From the NCBI GenBank assembly GCA_964487045.1, contig CAZAOT010000002.1:53305-117304 (forward strand): a stretch of DNA of 64,000 nucleotides, read 5' to 3'. The notes under the pieces are model-generated. The model did no database searches. It had not been told where the DNA came from and saw only the letters and a list, made by a program, of their open reading frames with translations. Of the stretch, positions 27,167-37,094 are shown piece after piece. This DNA comes from an uncultured Candidatus Saccharibacteria bacterium (lineage in GTDB: Bacteria; Patescibacteriota; UBA1384; DTJR01). The position numbers and the translations under genes were made by a program. Position 1 is the first letter of the stretch. Every line of letters starts with the position of its first letter.

Positions 27167-29707
27167 ATGTTAAGCAGTAGCCCATTTAATAAGCTCTCTC
27201 GTAATGCAAAGTTAGTCTTAACTGAGGCTCAGAAGGCCGCAGAATTCGATGGAAAAAATCTAAGAAGCGACTACCTTCTTCTCGCTTTAGTCGAAATACC
27301 AGGCACATTAAGCCACGACATTCTCAAGGAGTACTCAATCAATCTTGACCAAATCAAGATGCTTCTTAGTATTGATAAAACTAAACAGAAAAATCCTGGA
27401 GTAATAGGAGACGAAGCCAAGGATATTCTCAGAATAGCCTTTAGAGTCGCTGCTGATTACGGACATTATTCAGTCGACACAGAACACATTTTAGTTGGAA
27501 TTCTGTCGAGCGAAACGCACGAAGGATATAAATTAATCAAAAAAGTTGGCATCGATCCGAAGCAAATCAAAAGTCAAATTCAAGACATTTTCTCTAATAT
27601 TACCCAGATGGATCAGATGATTACTCATCAGCAGAACACACCTGAATTCGATAAAAACGAACTTGATCACTATGAGGAAAACAGTTTTGATATGCCGCCA
27701 ATGCCAGGGCCTCCTGCACCAGAGATGCAGCAAGATGGGTATTCTATGCCACCGCTCAAGACCCAGTCACCACCTAAAAAAGCAATTGAAGTTTTTGCCA
27801 CAAACTTAGTAGAAAAGGCCAAGAAAGGCGAAATTGACCCAGTTTGGGGACGAGACAATGAGATAGCCAGAGCTACTCAGATACTCCTGCGCAAAGCCAA
27901 AAACAACCCTGTATTTATCGGCGAACCAGGAGTGGGGAAGACCGCTATTGTAGAAGGGTTGGCTCTGAGAATCTCACAAGGAAAAGTACCAAGCCCGTTA
28001 ATCGGCAAGAAAATATATCAGCTTGACCTTGGACAAATGATAGCCGGGACGATGTATAGAGGCCAGTTTGAAGATAGGCTCAAGAAAGTTATCTCGGAGA
28101 TAAAGAAAGATAAAAATATTATTATATTTATCGATGAGCTCCACACAATAGTTGGTGCCGGATCAGCTGAGGGCTCTATGGACGCTTCCAACCTTCTGAA
28201 GCCCGCATTAGCTAAGGGCGAAATTAGAATGATTGGAGCGACAACTTTTGACGAATATCGCAAACATTTAGAAAAAGATGCTGCGCTCGAGAGAAGATTG
28301 CAAACAATCAAGGTACTTGAGCCGACGGTTGAAGAAACTATCAGTATATTAAATGGAATCAAAAGCGCGTACGAGAAACATCACAAGGTCAAAGTCGACA
28401 AGTCAGCTATCGAGGCAGCTGCCAGGCTCAGCAAAAAATATATTAATTATCGTTTTCTGCCCGACAAAGCAATTGACCTGATAGACGAAGCTTCAGCAGC
28501 TAAGACTTTGGAAAAAAATACATCAGAAGTCCGCGATAAATTAAACAAAATTAGACATAAAATCGAAGAGCTTTCGGCATTTAAGGAGCGATTAATCAGT
28601 GAAGAAAAATTCGAGCAAGCCGCCAAAGTCAGAGATGAAGAGCTTAAGCAATTAGAGATTGAGAAGGGGATGCTTGATAGTGAAACAACAGGCGATGAGA
28701 AAATCACTGATCGAGATATTGCTAGACTAATCTCAGAAATTTCCGGAATTCCAGCTGGAGAAATCCTAGAAGATGAAATTAAGAAATTTATGACTATCGA
28801 AAAAGATTTATCTAGTCATATCGCTGGTCAAAAAGAGGCGATAGGGGAGATTGCAAAATCTCTAAGGCGCAACCGTTCGGGAATTTCGAGTGGCGATCGA
28901 CCAATAGGATCATTTATCTTCTTAGGCCCCAGTGGAGTGGGAAAAACTGAAGTTGCTAGAGTCCTAGCAAGGCATATTTACGGATCAGAAAACGCTCTTA
29001 TCAAACTCGACATGAGTGAATTTATGGAACGACATAATACTGCGCTACTAGTTGGCGCCCCTCCTGGCTATGTAGGATATGAAGATGCTGGTAAATTGAC
29101 CGAAGCAGTCAGAAAAAATCCCTATAGCGTAATCTTGTTTGATGAGATTGAGAAGGCTCATCCCGATGTTTTTAATATTTTGTTGCAACTTCTTGACGAG
29201 GGAAGATTAACTGACGCGAAGGGAAGGAAAGTAGACTTCACTCATTCGGTAATTATCATGACCTCAAATATAGGTATCGAAGAATATAATAAGATAAGTA
29301 AGTTTGGATTTATCGATGGTAGCGATAAAGCACAAGATATCAAAGATAAAGTTAAAGATGATCTTAAGAAAGTATTTAAGCCAGAGCTCGTCAACCGAAT
29401 AGATCGAGTAATTGTATTTGACCCATTGACTGAAGACGAATTCAAAATTATTGCTAAGATTCATCTTGATAAATTAAAGGATAAACTCAAAATAAAGAAA
29501 ATATCCCTTTCCTATGATCAAAAGACCATCGAGAAGCTATCGAAGCTTGCCAGCGATAAAGTATTTGGAGCAAGACCACTTATTCGCGAGATTGAACATA
29601 GCATCTCTGATGAGATTTCAAGCCTTATAATTAGCGGTAAAATAAAAGAAGGCGATAAAGTAAAGATTTATGAGCGACAAGGAAACATCAAAATCGCAAA
29701 AGCTTGA
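27167..29707 (+). CDS. clpC: Class III AAA+ chaperone ClpC-like (two Clp_N repeats, two AAA modules, UVR motif)
   Basis: Walker [14 protein letters not shown] (AAA1) and [12 protein letters not shown] (AAA2), short middle domain with [16 protein letters not shown] (UVR), sensor-2 [10 protein letters not shown]. An extra Pro/Gln-rich linker follows the N-domain. Confidence 0.85.
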   Translation: MLSSSPFNKLSRNAKLVLTEAQKAAEFDGKNLRSDYLLLALVEIPGTLSHDILKEYSINLDQIKMLLSIDKTKQKNPGVIGDEAKDILRIAFRVAADYGHYSVDTEHILVGILSSETHEGYKLIKKVGIDPKQIKSQIQDIFSNITQMDQMITHQQNTPEFDKNELDHYEENSFDMPPMPGPPAPEMQQDGYSMPPLKTQSPPKKAIEVFATNLVEKAKKGEIDPVWGRDNEIARATQILLRKAKNNPVFIGEPGVGKTAIVEGLALRISQGKVPSPLIGKKIYQLDLGQMIAGTMYRGQFEDRLKKVISEIKKDKNIIIFIDELHTIVGAGSAEGSMDASNLLKPALAKGEIRMIGATTFDEYRKHLEKDAALERRLQTIKVLEPTVEETISILNGIKSAYEKHHKVKVDKSAIEAAARLSKKYINYRFLPDKAIDLIDEASAAKTLEKNTSEVRDKLNKIRHKIEELSAFKERLISEEKFEQAAKVRDEELKQLEIEKGMLDSETTGDEKITDRDIARLISEISGIPAGEILEDEIKKFMTIEKDLSSHIAGQKEAIGEIAKSLRRNRSGISSGDRPIGSFIFLGPSGVGKTEVARVLARHIYGSENALIKLDMSEFMERHNTALLVGAPPGYVGYEDAGKLTEAVRKNPYSVILFDEIEKAHPDVFNILLQLLDEGRLTDAKGRKVDFTHSVIIMTSNIGIEEYNKISKFGFIDGSDKAQDIKDKVKDDLKKVFKPELVNRIDRVIVFDPLTEDEFKIIAKIHLDKLKDKLKIKKISLSYDQKTIEKLSKLASDKVFGARPLIREIEHSISDEISSLIISGKIKEGDKVKIYERQGNIKIAKA

Positions 29708-31169
29708 AGCGAAGCTTATCTCAAAGCTCGGGTACATATCGCAAAGCGATCTAGCCAAAGTACACCGAGCTATTGAGTTTAGCCGAAAAGCTCATTTTGG
29801 CATGAAAAGGTATTCCGGTGAGGATTATATTATCCATCCGATCTCAGTGGCACTAAAGCTAGCCGAACTAAAACTTGACTCTACATCGATAATTTCTGCC
29901 CTTCTTCATGACACAGTCGAAGACACAGAAATTACAACCATGCAGATAAGAAAAATGTTTAATTCGGAAATTGCCAATATGGTTGAGTCGGTTACAAAAC
30001 TTAGCTCAGTCAGAATCAAGAAAACCTGGTTTCCACTAATAAAGCAGACGCAGGAGGAGATTTCTCAATTCGAACGCCAGGCGGAAACTCTTCGAAAAAT
30101 GCTTATTGCGATGAGCCGCGACGTAAGAGTAATTATTATTAAACTAGCTGATAAAATTCATAATCTTGAAACCTTGGAATACTTGCCTCAAGACAAGAGA
30201 GAGCGAATTGCCAAGGAAGCAATAGAAATTTACGCTCCAATCGCTGGAAGACTCGGAATGGGTGAGTGGCGAGGGGAGCTTGAGGATTTATCATTTCCTT
30301 TTGTATATCCCCAAGAAAACAAAGAGCTTTTATCCCTAGCAATTCCACAAATTCAAGAAAGAGAAAAATATCTTAAAAAATTAACAATCAGGCTAAATAA
30401 GCTTCTTAAGGAAAATAAAATAGAAGCAGAAGTTAATTTCAGAGCAAAAAAGTGGTACAGCCTGTTTAAAAAATTACAAAAATACAACAATAACCTTGAA
30501 AAAATATATGACCTAATTGCCGTTAGAATAATTGTCGAGTCCATAGAAGACTGTTATGGAGCACTCGGGATAATTCACAGCGTTTGGCGACCACTCTTGG
30601 GTAGAATCAAGGATTATGTCGCTCTACCAAAACCAAACGGATATCAATCAATTCACACTACCGTATTTGCTGACGAAGGAAAGATCGTAGAGTTTCAGAT
30701 TAGAACTCGCAAGATGCACCGACAAGCAGAGTTTGGTATCGCATCGCACTGGATTTACGCTGACGCGAAAACTTCAAAGCTGCCAAATAAAGATGAGCTA
30801 AAGTGGATAGATGATTTCTATCGAGTTCAGAAACAGCTTCGTTCTCCTGAGGAATTGTTTAAATATCTTAAAATGGATCTCTTTGAAGACAGAATTTTCG
30901 TATTTACTCCTCAAGGAGATGTGAAGGACTTACCGGCTGGTGCTACCCCAATCGACCTTGCTTATTCAGTTCACACCGCCCTTGGCAACCGCTGTATCGG
31001 CGCCAAGGTCAATGGAAAGATTGCTCCACTTGATAGTAGTTTGCACAATGGCGACATCGTCGCGATTATTAAAAAAGAAAGCGCCAGGCCTCATGCTGAT
31101 TGGCTTAAATTTGTAAAAACAGATATTGCAAGAACTCAAATCAAGAAAGCGACAAACAGGCAATTGTAA
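29670..31169 (+). CDS. Bifunctional (p)ppGpp synthetase/hydrolase, Rel/SpoT homolog, short form (HD + synthetase + TGS, no ACT)
   Basis: HD motif LLHDTVEDT; synthetase region RIKDYVALPKPNGYQSIHTTV; TGS-like C-terminus VFTPQGDVKDLPAGATPIDLAY. 499 aa. Confidence 0.8.
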   Translation: MSDKETSKSQKLEAKLISKLGYISQSDLAKVHRAIEFSRKAHFGMKRYSGEDYIIHPISVALKLAELKLDSTSIISALLHDTVEDTEITTMQIRKMFNSEIANMVESVTKLSSVRIKKTWFPLIKQTQEEISQFERQAETLRKMLIAMSRDVRVIIIKLADKIHNLETLEYLPQDKRERIAKEAIEIYAPIAGRLGMGEWRGELEDLSFPFVYPQENKELLSLAIPQIQEREKYLKKLTIRLNKLLKENKIEAEVNFRAKKWYSLFKKLQKYNNNLEKIYDLIAVRIIVESIEDCYGALGIIHSVWRPLLGRIKDYVALPKPNGYQSIHTTVFADEGKIVEFQIRTRKMHRQAEFGIASHWIYADAKTSKLPNKDELKWIDDFYRVQKQLRSPEELFKYLKMDLFEDRIFVFTPQGDVKDLPAGATPIDLAYSVHTALGNRCIGAKVNGKIAPLDSSLHNGDIVAIIKKESARPHADWLKFVKTDIARTQIKKATNRQL

Positions 31170-31198
31170 TTTGCAGGGTAAATTGATAAAGTTTGATC

Positions 31199-32143
31199 AT
31201 GATCCAAAAACCAAGAGGAACACAAGATTATTTTGGGGAAGAGTTTAAGCTGCGACGAAATATAGAAAACAAATTCGTCGATAGTTTTGTTTCAAAAGGT
31301 TACCAGGGTTTGGAAACACCAATCTTTGAACAAAGAAGCTTATTTGTAAGGTCAGTAGGCGAGCAAACCGATATCGTTCAGAAAGAACTTTTTGACCTAG
31401 AAAAGAAGTCTGATGAAATATATTCACTCCGACCAGAATTTACTGCCGGAATAATCAGGGCACTAGTTGAACTTGGTATGAAAAGCATGCCAAAGCCAAT
31501 TAAAGTTTTTTCGATTGGGCCATGCTTCAGATATGAACGACCACAAAAAGGAAGAAAAAGACAATTCAACCAAATGGACATCGAGCTTATTGGCAAAGCA
31601 TCAGCTGAGATAGATGCGCAGATTATTGCTGATGGATATGAGTTTTTAAAAGACATTTCACTCGAGCCTTCTGTCAGCCTAAATACACTAGGCAGCAAAG
31701 AAACTAGAATAAAATATAGCAGCGCGTTAAAGCAGTTACTTTCTACAAGGAAAGAAAAGCTTTGCGAAAATTGCCTCTCAAGAATGGAAAAAAATCCGCT
31801 TAGAGTTTGGGACTGCAAAGATGAAGCATGCGATCCAGGCGAGATTCCACCAGTTAGTGCCAATCTAACTGAAGAAGAACTTGCTTACTACAATGAAGTG
31901 AAAGAGATACTCACTCAAAAGGGCGTTAAATTCAAGGAGACACCGAGCTTGGTGCGAGGGCTTGATTATTACACTGGAATTATTTTTGAATACAATCTGG
32001 AAGATGATGAGGAAAGAGCTAATTCAGTTGGTGGTGGCGGCAGATACGACGAGCTAATTGGTGAGCTTGGAGGAGGGGATATGCCAGCTGTTGGATTTGG
32101 ACTCGGCTTTGAGCGAATTGTCGAAAAATTGAAAAATATATAA
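31199..32143 (+). CDS. Histidyl-tRNA synthetase catalytic core without anticodon-binding domain
   Basis: Class II aaRS motifs: PRGTQDY, motif 2 region FSIGPCFRYERPQKGRKRQF, motif 3 GGGRYDELI, GFGLGFERI. The ORF stops right after and is followed by 145 nt of noncoding DNA before lexA. Confidence 0.65.
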   Translation: MIQKPRGTQDYFGEEFKLRRNIENKFVDSFVSKGYQGLETPIFEQRSLFVRSVGEQTDIVQKELFDLEKKSDEIYSLRPEFTAGIIRALVELGMKSMPKPIKVFSIGPCFRYERPQKGRKRQFNQMDIELIGKASAEIDAQIIADGYEFLKDISLEPSVSLNTLGSKETRIKYSSALKQLLSTRKEKLCENCLSRMEKNPLRVWDCKDEACDPGEIPPVSANLTEEELAYYNEVKEILTQKGVKFKETPSLVRGLDYYTGIIFEYNLEDDEERANSVGGGGRYDELIGELGGGDMPAVGFGLGFERIVEKLKNI

Positions 32144-32288
32144 ATTTTATTCGTAGTGCTGACCTTAACCCCGCACAGCTCCTTACCGCAAAACGAACTA
32201 CGTTCTGTTATTGCTGTAGCGTCGTCTGCGGGGTCTTCGGCCTCAACTATTATTTCCCTAAATGTAGAGGCCTTGACATGTTCGCTTT

Positions 32289-32915
32289 TTGTTTGGTACG
32301 CTTAATTTAATGAAAAAACAGCTCCCGCTCACAAAAAGACAGTCCGAAATTCTTGGCTTTATAAAATTCTTTATTGACGAGAACAGCTATGCTCCAAGCT
32401 ATAGAGAAATCGCTAAGTCACTCAAATTATCATCAGTGGCAACTGTGGCAGAATATATATCGGTACTCGAAATCAAAGGATACCTGACTAAGCAAGGATC
32501 ATGCGCGAGAGCGCTTCAGTTGACTCCCGCCTGGGACGAAAGAACCTTTGAGGTTCAGCTTATTGGAAGAATTGCTGCCGGACATCCCATCGAAGCAATC
32601 CGAACCAACGAGACTATAGATATTCCAAGAGATATGATCGGACCTAATATCTTCGCATTGCAAGTGAGTGGAGACTCGATGAAAGATGATGGAATTTTTG
32701 ATGGTGATTATGTAATTATCGAAAAAACCAATAACCCTAAAAACGGTGACATAGTAGTCGCCTTAGTTGATGAAGATAATGTTACCCTCAAAAGATTCTT
32801 CAGAGAAAAAACCCGTATAAGGCTCCAGCCAGCTAACTCAAATTACAAGCCTATTTATACACGCAAAGCGTTGGTTCAAGGTAGAGTAAAGGGCGTAATA
32901 AGAAAGTATGTTTGA
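32289..32915 (+). CDS. lexA: LexA repressor
   Basis: N-terminal winged-helix (SYREIAKSLKLSSVATVAEYISVLEIKGYL) and S24 peptidase domain with GDSMKDDGIFDGDYVII and the K of the Ser-Lys dyad. The true start may be the ATG at 32310. Confidence 0.85.
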   Translation: MFGTLNLMKKQLPLTKRQSEILGFIKFFIDENSYAPSYREIAKSLKLSSVATVAEYISVLEIKGYLTKQGSCARALQLTPAWDERTFEVQLIGRIAAGHPIEAIRTNETIDIPRDMIGPNIFALQVSGDSMKDDGIFDGDYVIIEKTNNPKNGDIVVALVDEDNVTLKRFFREKTRIRLQPANSNYKPIYTRKALVQGRVKGVIRKYV

Positions 32916-32955
32916 GACTATTGACGCGAAAAAAATATGTTATAATTAGTTTATT

Positions 32956-33591
32956 ATGGCTAAATCATTAGATATTATCGATCCAAAAAAAGAAATTTCG
33001 ACCGAAGACGAAAGGCTTGATGAAGGAGATGACATGATAAGAGCTCGATCCGAAAGAAAGGAAGAGGGCGGTGGTGGTTTGTTTTATTTGATTATTGGTA
33101 TTATTGCCGTTATTGTCTCAACATCACTAGCTCTATATATCTTGTTTAAAGATGATAGCTCGTCTAATAAAGCTGCTACTGCGTCAGTTACCTCAACTTC
33201 TACTGCCGCAGCCTCTAGCACTTCCACTGCAAGCGCAACAGTAAGTTCTTCAGCTACCGGAACACAAGTTGCATCAGCTAGCCCAGCAGCGTCTCAGGCC
33301 TCTTCGAGTTTTAAATACACAAATGAGCAAATAAGAATCGCTAACGGAAATGGAATCAGTGGCGAGGCTGCTAAAGTACAAACTCTACTTGAGGGCAAAG
33401 GATACAAAATTACTTCAGTAGGAAATGCATCCAAAACATACGAAACTTCTATCGTTTACTACAAGACTGGACAAGAAGCATTGGCTGAAACACTTAAGAA
33501 AGACATCTCCTCACTTTATACCGCTACTGTAGAAAAATCAGACTCCGTAGTCGGTAGTTATGACGCAGTTATTGCCCTCGGCGCTAAGTAA
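32956..33591 (+). CDS. Membrane-anchored protein with C-terminal LytR_C (LytR/CpsA/Psr C-terminal) domain
   Basis: TM helix, Ser/Thr/Ala-rich linker, then IRIANGNGISGEAAKVQTLLEGKGYKITSVGNA. Confidence 0.55.
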   Translation: MAKSLDIIDPKKEISTEDERLDEGDDMIRARSERKEEGGGGLFYLIIGIIAVIVSTSLALYILFKDDSSSNKAATASVTSTSTAAASSTSTASATVSSSATGTQVASASPAASQASSSFKYTNEQIRIANGNGISGEAAKVQTLLEGKGYKITSVGNASKTYETSIVYYKTGQEALAETLKKDISSLYTATVEKSDSVVGSYDAVIALGAK

Positions 33592-34174
33592 CTCTCTCGT
33601 TTTCACGCTAGGACTAATAGTTTTGTTTTTTGTTTTACGATATTTGCTTTTATACCTCTCTAGCGACAAACCACTTATTTATTATTTGATACTTTTTCCT
33701 GGAGTGATAATTCATGAGCTTTCTCACGTAATCTTTTGCCTTATCACATTTACTCGAATAAAGTCTCTTAAGCTCTTTTCAAAGAGCGGGGGATTCGTGA
33801 TTCACAACAAACCAAGATGGCTATGGGTGAGCTTCATAATCTCAGTTGCGCCAATATTAGTTGGATCGGTAATTTTATTTATAACGATGAGATATTTTTC
33901 AAATCAAACAATCCTAAGCGCCTTAAATATTAAAAGTCTCTTCTTGCTCTACTTCTTAAGCAGCATCGTCATAACAATGCTGCCCAGCAAGCAAGACTTT
34001 CTGAACGCAGCGAGTGTCTATATCGCGATATTTATAGCTATAATCTGCTACTATTTTCTCTCTGACAACAAGATTTTCTTTGTCCAGCTCAATACATTGA
34101 TTGTATTTGGCTGCCTGATACTTCTTGTGATCAATTTATTATTCTATAGCCTAAGGAAAGTTGTATGGAAATAA
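33560..34174 (+). CDS. Polytopic membrane protein with HExxH motif (putative membrane zinc metalloprotease-like)
   Basis: GVIIHELSHVIF inside a TM segment; about 5 hydrophobic helices. Confidence 0.45.
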   Translation: MTQLLPSALSNSLVFTLGLIVLFFVLRYLLLYLSSDKPLIYYLILFPGVIIHELSHVIFCLITFTRIKSLKLFSKSGGFVIHNKPRWLWVSFIISVAPILVGSVILFITMRYFSNQTILSALNIKSLFLLYFLSSIVITMLPSKQDFLNAASVYIAIFIAIICYYFLSDNKIFFVQLNTLIVFGCLILLVINLLFYSLRKVVWK

Positions 34175-34398
34175 AAATAGAAGTTAAGGCTAACGCAGCA
34201 AGAGATAAGCTACTTACGAAAAACGGGAAGATAATTGTGCAAACAAAACAGCCCGACAAGAATAATTTAGCAAATCAAGGCGTTATAGATATTCTGTCAA
34301 AACACTTTGCTGTAGGTGAGGATAAAATCAAAATAATTAAGGGCTTTAAAAGTAAAAATAAAATTGTAGAGGTAAAAAATGAAAATAATCTCGCTTAA
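34165..34398 (+). CDS. DUF167 / YggU-family small protein
   Basis: 77 aa, family-typical MEIKIEVKANAARDKL...IIKGFKSKNK. Confidence 0.55.
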   Translation: MEIKIEVKANAARDKLLTKNGKIIVQTKQPDKNNLANQGVIDILSKHFAVGEDKIKIIKGFKSKNKIVEVKNENNLA

Positions 34399-34774
34399 AA
34401 AAGGGGACAAGGTAGTCGAAAGTCTAACGAAAATTGTAAGTAAGGAAGATATCAAAAGTGGACTCTTAGTTGGACTTGGAGCTCTAACAGAAGCGCAGCT
34501 TATGGTTTACGACCTTGGGACAAAGTCGTATTCATCAAAGAATCTCTCGGGGACACTTGAGGTAGGCAACTTTACTTCGATTATCGCGAAGGACCCACAA
34601 GGTCAAGCACATATCCATCCTCATATAACCTTATGTGATAAGGATTTTAATACATACTGTGGGCATCTTAAGGAGGGGATAGTTGGTGCAACTCTAGAGA
34701 TAGTAATTTTTGAATCGACCCAAGATATAAAGCGATACGAGGATAGTGAGATTGGATTAAATTTGATAAAATAG
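34379..34774 (+). CDS. PPC (DUF296) domain protein
   Basis: ISLKKGDKVVESL...GLGALTEAQL...HIHPHITL pattern of PPC/DUF296. Confidence 0.55.
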   Translation: MKIISLKKGDKVVESLTKIVSKEDIKSGLLVGLGALTEAQLMVYDLGTKSYSSKNLSGTLEVGNFTSIIAKDPQGQAHIHPHITLCDKDFNTYCGHLKEGIVGATLEIVIFESTQDIKRYEDSEIGLNLIK

Positions 34775-34793
34775 AATTAACAAAGTTAAAAAA

Positions 34794-34866
34794 GCCCCAC
34801 TTCGCCCAGAAGGGCTTCGCGGGGTTTCCTGTTCTCCCAAGGAGGGAAACAGGAGCAAGGGGAAAT
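34794..34866 (+). terminator. Terminator hairpin followed by a second structured leader hairpin
   Basis: GCCC-AGAA-GGGC core within CCCCAC...GCGGGG plus TTT, then TCCTGTT...AACAGGA stem enclosing CTCC..GGAG. Confidence 0.5.
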
Positions 34867-35940
34867 ATGAAGGAGTTTTTTGCGAAATTGTTTGGTGAGA
34901 AAAAATATCGCAATGTATTTATCATTTGCGTTGTTCTGGCAATATTAATCGTAACAGGAGCAATTGCCGCGAAATACTATAATCAAAAACCGCAATATGC
35001 TGGTTCTAAAAATACAGGATTGCAAAAAGCTACTCAAAAGACTATTTGCCTGTTGGATGGGCAGGCTTATGATGCAGATAAAGCCACAAGGCATCCACTT
35101 GCTATAATCGTAGAAAACCATCCAGATGCTAGACCACAATCGGGTCTAATAGATGCTTCAATTGTGTATGAAGCAATAACCGAGGGTGGAATTACTAGAT
35201 TTTTAGCAATATTTGGGCCAACAGACACAAATGAAATTGGACCAATTAGAAGCGCAAGACTCTTTTTTATGGACTATCTTAAGGAGTATGACGCCTTTTT
35301 TGCACACGCTGGGGGAAATGAGGACGCACTTGCAAATATAGATAAGTACTCGATCAAAGATATACCTCATACCGAACCTTATTATAGAAGAGATTATAAA
35401 GGTAGAAGCGTCGCGAGCGAGCACACTTTATACTCATCTACCGAACAACTCTATGCTCTAGCTAAGGCTAGGGGATTCGATACAACTAAATCTGACTACT
35501 CTGCGATGAAATTTAAGGTAGATGGACCAGCCGAACCAACAGGCAAAGGTGTAGAGATTAATTTCTCATCTGAGAGCTATAAGGTTACATGGGCCTTCGA
35601 CACTGCTACAAATTCCTACTTAAGATCAATGGCAGGCGCTCCACATAAAGACAGAACTTCCAGCAACCAGATAACAGCGAAGAATATCGTCATACAAACA
35701 GTCGATAGAACCTACCAGCCGACCGGAAGCTACGGATCTTCGAACTATGTCTTTAAAAATATCGGTGAGGGAAATGCTTATGTACTAGAGGACGGCAAAA
35801 CAATTAAAGCAAAATGGAAGAAAGCTTCTCTAACATCAAGGACAAAGTTCTATGACGAATCAGGCGCAGAAATATCCTTTAATCCAGGTAAGACTTGGTA
35901 CGAGATAGTTCCACCTGAAGTGACTCCAAGCTTCATCTAA
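34867..35940 (+). CDS. DUF3048-family (YerB-like) secreted/lipoprotein-like protein
   Basis: N-terminal TM/signal; PLAIIVENHPDARPQSGL...VYEAITEGGITRFLAIF typical of DUF3048. Confidence 0.6.
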   Translation: MKEFFAKLFGEKKYRNVFIICVVLAILIVTGAIAAKYYNQKPQYAGSKNTGLQKATQKTICLLDGQAYDADKATRHPLAIIVENHPDARPQSGLIDASIVYEAITEGGITRFLAIFGPTDTNEIGPIRSARLFFMDYLKEYDAFFAHAGGNEDALANIDKYSIKDIPHTEPYYRRDYKGRSVASEHTLYSSTEQLYALAKARGFDTTKSDYSAMKFKVDGPAEPTGKGVEINFSSESYKVTWAFDTATNSYLRSMAGAPHKDRTSSNQITAKNIVIQTVDRTYQPTGSYGSSNYVFKNIGEGNAYVLEDGKTIKAKWKKASLTSRTKFYDESGAEISFNPGKTWYEIVPPEVTPSFI

Positions 35941-35955
35941 AAAAACAAGCGAATC

Positions 35956-35985
35956 GAAAAAGCCCCCTCGCGGGGGCTTTTTCTT
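35956..35985. terminator. Bidirectional terminator
   Basis: AAAAAGCCCCC-TCGC-GGGGGCTTTTT. Confidence 0.75.
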
Positions 35986-36013
35986 GCACAAACTTACTTT
36001 GCTGAAAAGTAAG

Positions 36014-36640
36014 TTAGATGCTGTTCATAACGCTTTTTACAAGTTCAACATAACTTCTAGAGTGATTATAGTTGAATAAAGCGCTATCTATGTCTCCTCT
36101 GTCAGCTCCACCAGCAGCTAACAAGTTAGCTCCGGCGAAAACAGAGTCTCTAAGAGAACAGATATCGTTTCCTTCGTTGGCGTAATGCCTAAACGTTGAT
36201 GGCATAAACTGCATCGGACCAGTAGCACCAGCATAAGATTTTTTACATCCGCCGGTAGACTTACCAGTTTCGACTTGGTGAACAGCTTCAATAAGCTTCC
36301 AGTCTATACCAAACTTGTTAGCAGCTTCCCTATAAAGGGTTCTTAACTGCTCAAGTGAATAATCAGCAGCAACCGGAGCACTAGAAGTTACCTCAGCAAC
36401 TTGTACTCTTTCGCGAGCAACAAGCTGTCTTTGTTCTGAAGCGTTAATTTTCTTTTGGGCTTCCGATAGGCCAATTACAAACTCAACGTTTGGCTTGGGC
36501 CTTTCGATTTTAAGGTTCTTGTTTACCGAGAGCATAATTTTCTTAGGCTCGGCGGCTTCGTCTTGCGAGCTTGCATGGAGCGGTTGTAAGGCTCCCCAAA
36601 CTAAGACGAGCATTGTTAGAGGAAGAATGTAATTCTTCAT
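36014..36640 (-). CDS. Secreted lytic transglycosylase (SLT-domain)
   Basis: Signal peptide; catalytic-Glu context EAVHQVETG and GATGPMQFMPSTF. Confidence 0.7.
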   Translation of the reverse strand: MKNYILPLTMLVLVWGALQPLHASSQDEAAEPKKIMLSVNKNLKIERPKPNVEFVIGLSEAQKKINASEQRQLVARERVQVAEVTSSAPVAADYSLEQLRTLYREAANKFGIDWKLIEAVHQVETGKSTGGCKKSYAGATGPMQFMPSTFRHYANEGNDICSLRDSVFAGANLLAAGGADRGDIDSALFNYNHSRSYVELVKSVMNSI

Positions 36641-37094
36641 TGAAATAAAAATCTTCCGATGTTTCGGAAGAAGGTTAGGATTATATCAGAAAATGATAAT
36701 TTGTCAAGCCCCAAGGGCATATTTATAGCTATTTTAGGCAAGTTTGAACCTGTTAAGTAGAAATGCTATAAAATTTGAACCTGTAAATATTGAGAAAAAT
36801 ACAAATTTTGGGGCATAAAAACTATTGACAATTTGCCCATTATATGGTAAGTTTACCCCTTGCTTGATTCGCCCAGCTTGAAAAAAGTATTGAGGGCAGA
36901 ATTCCAGCTGGGAATTGCGGAGAGTTGCTTCAAATTTTTAAATGAAGCAGTGCCCCTCCTTCCCTTTTCCTGGCTGGAATCCTGCCCTTTTATAAAACCC
37001 GAGGATAGCGCTTTAGCGCTACTCGAGTTCTAGGGCAATACGTTCCTTGACATAAGGCAACAACTCGGCGCAACCAGCGCCAAGGAGGAAAGAG

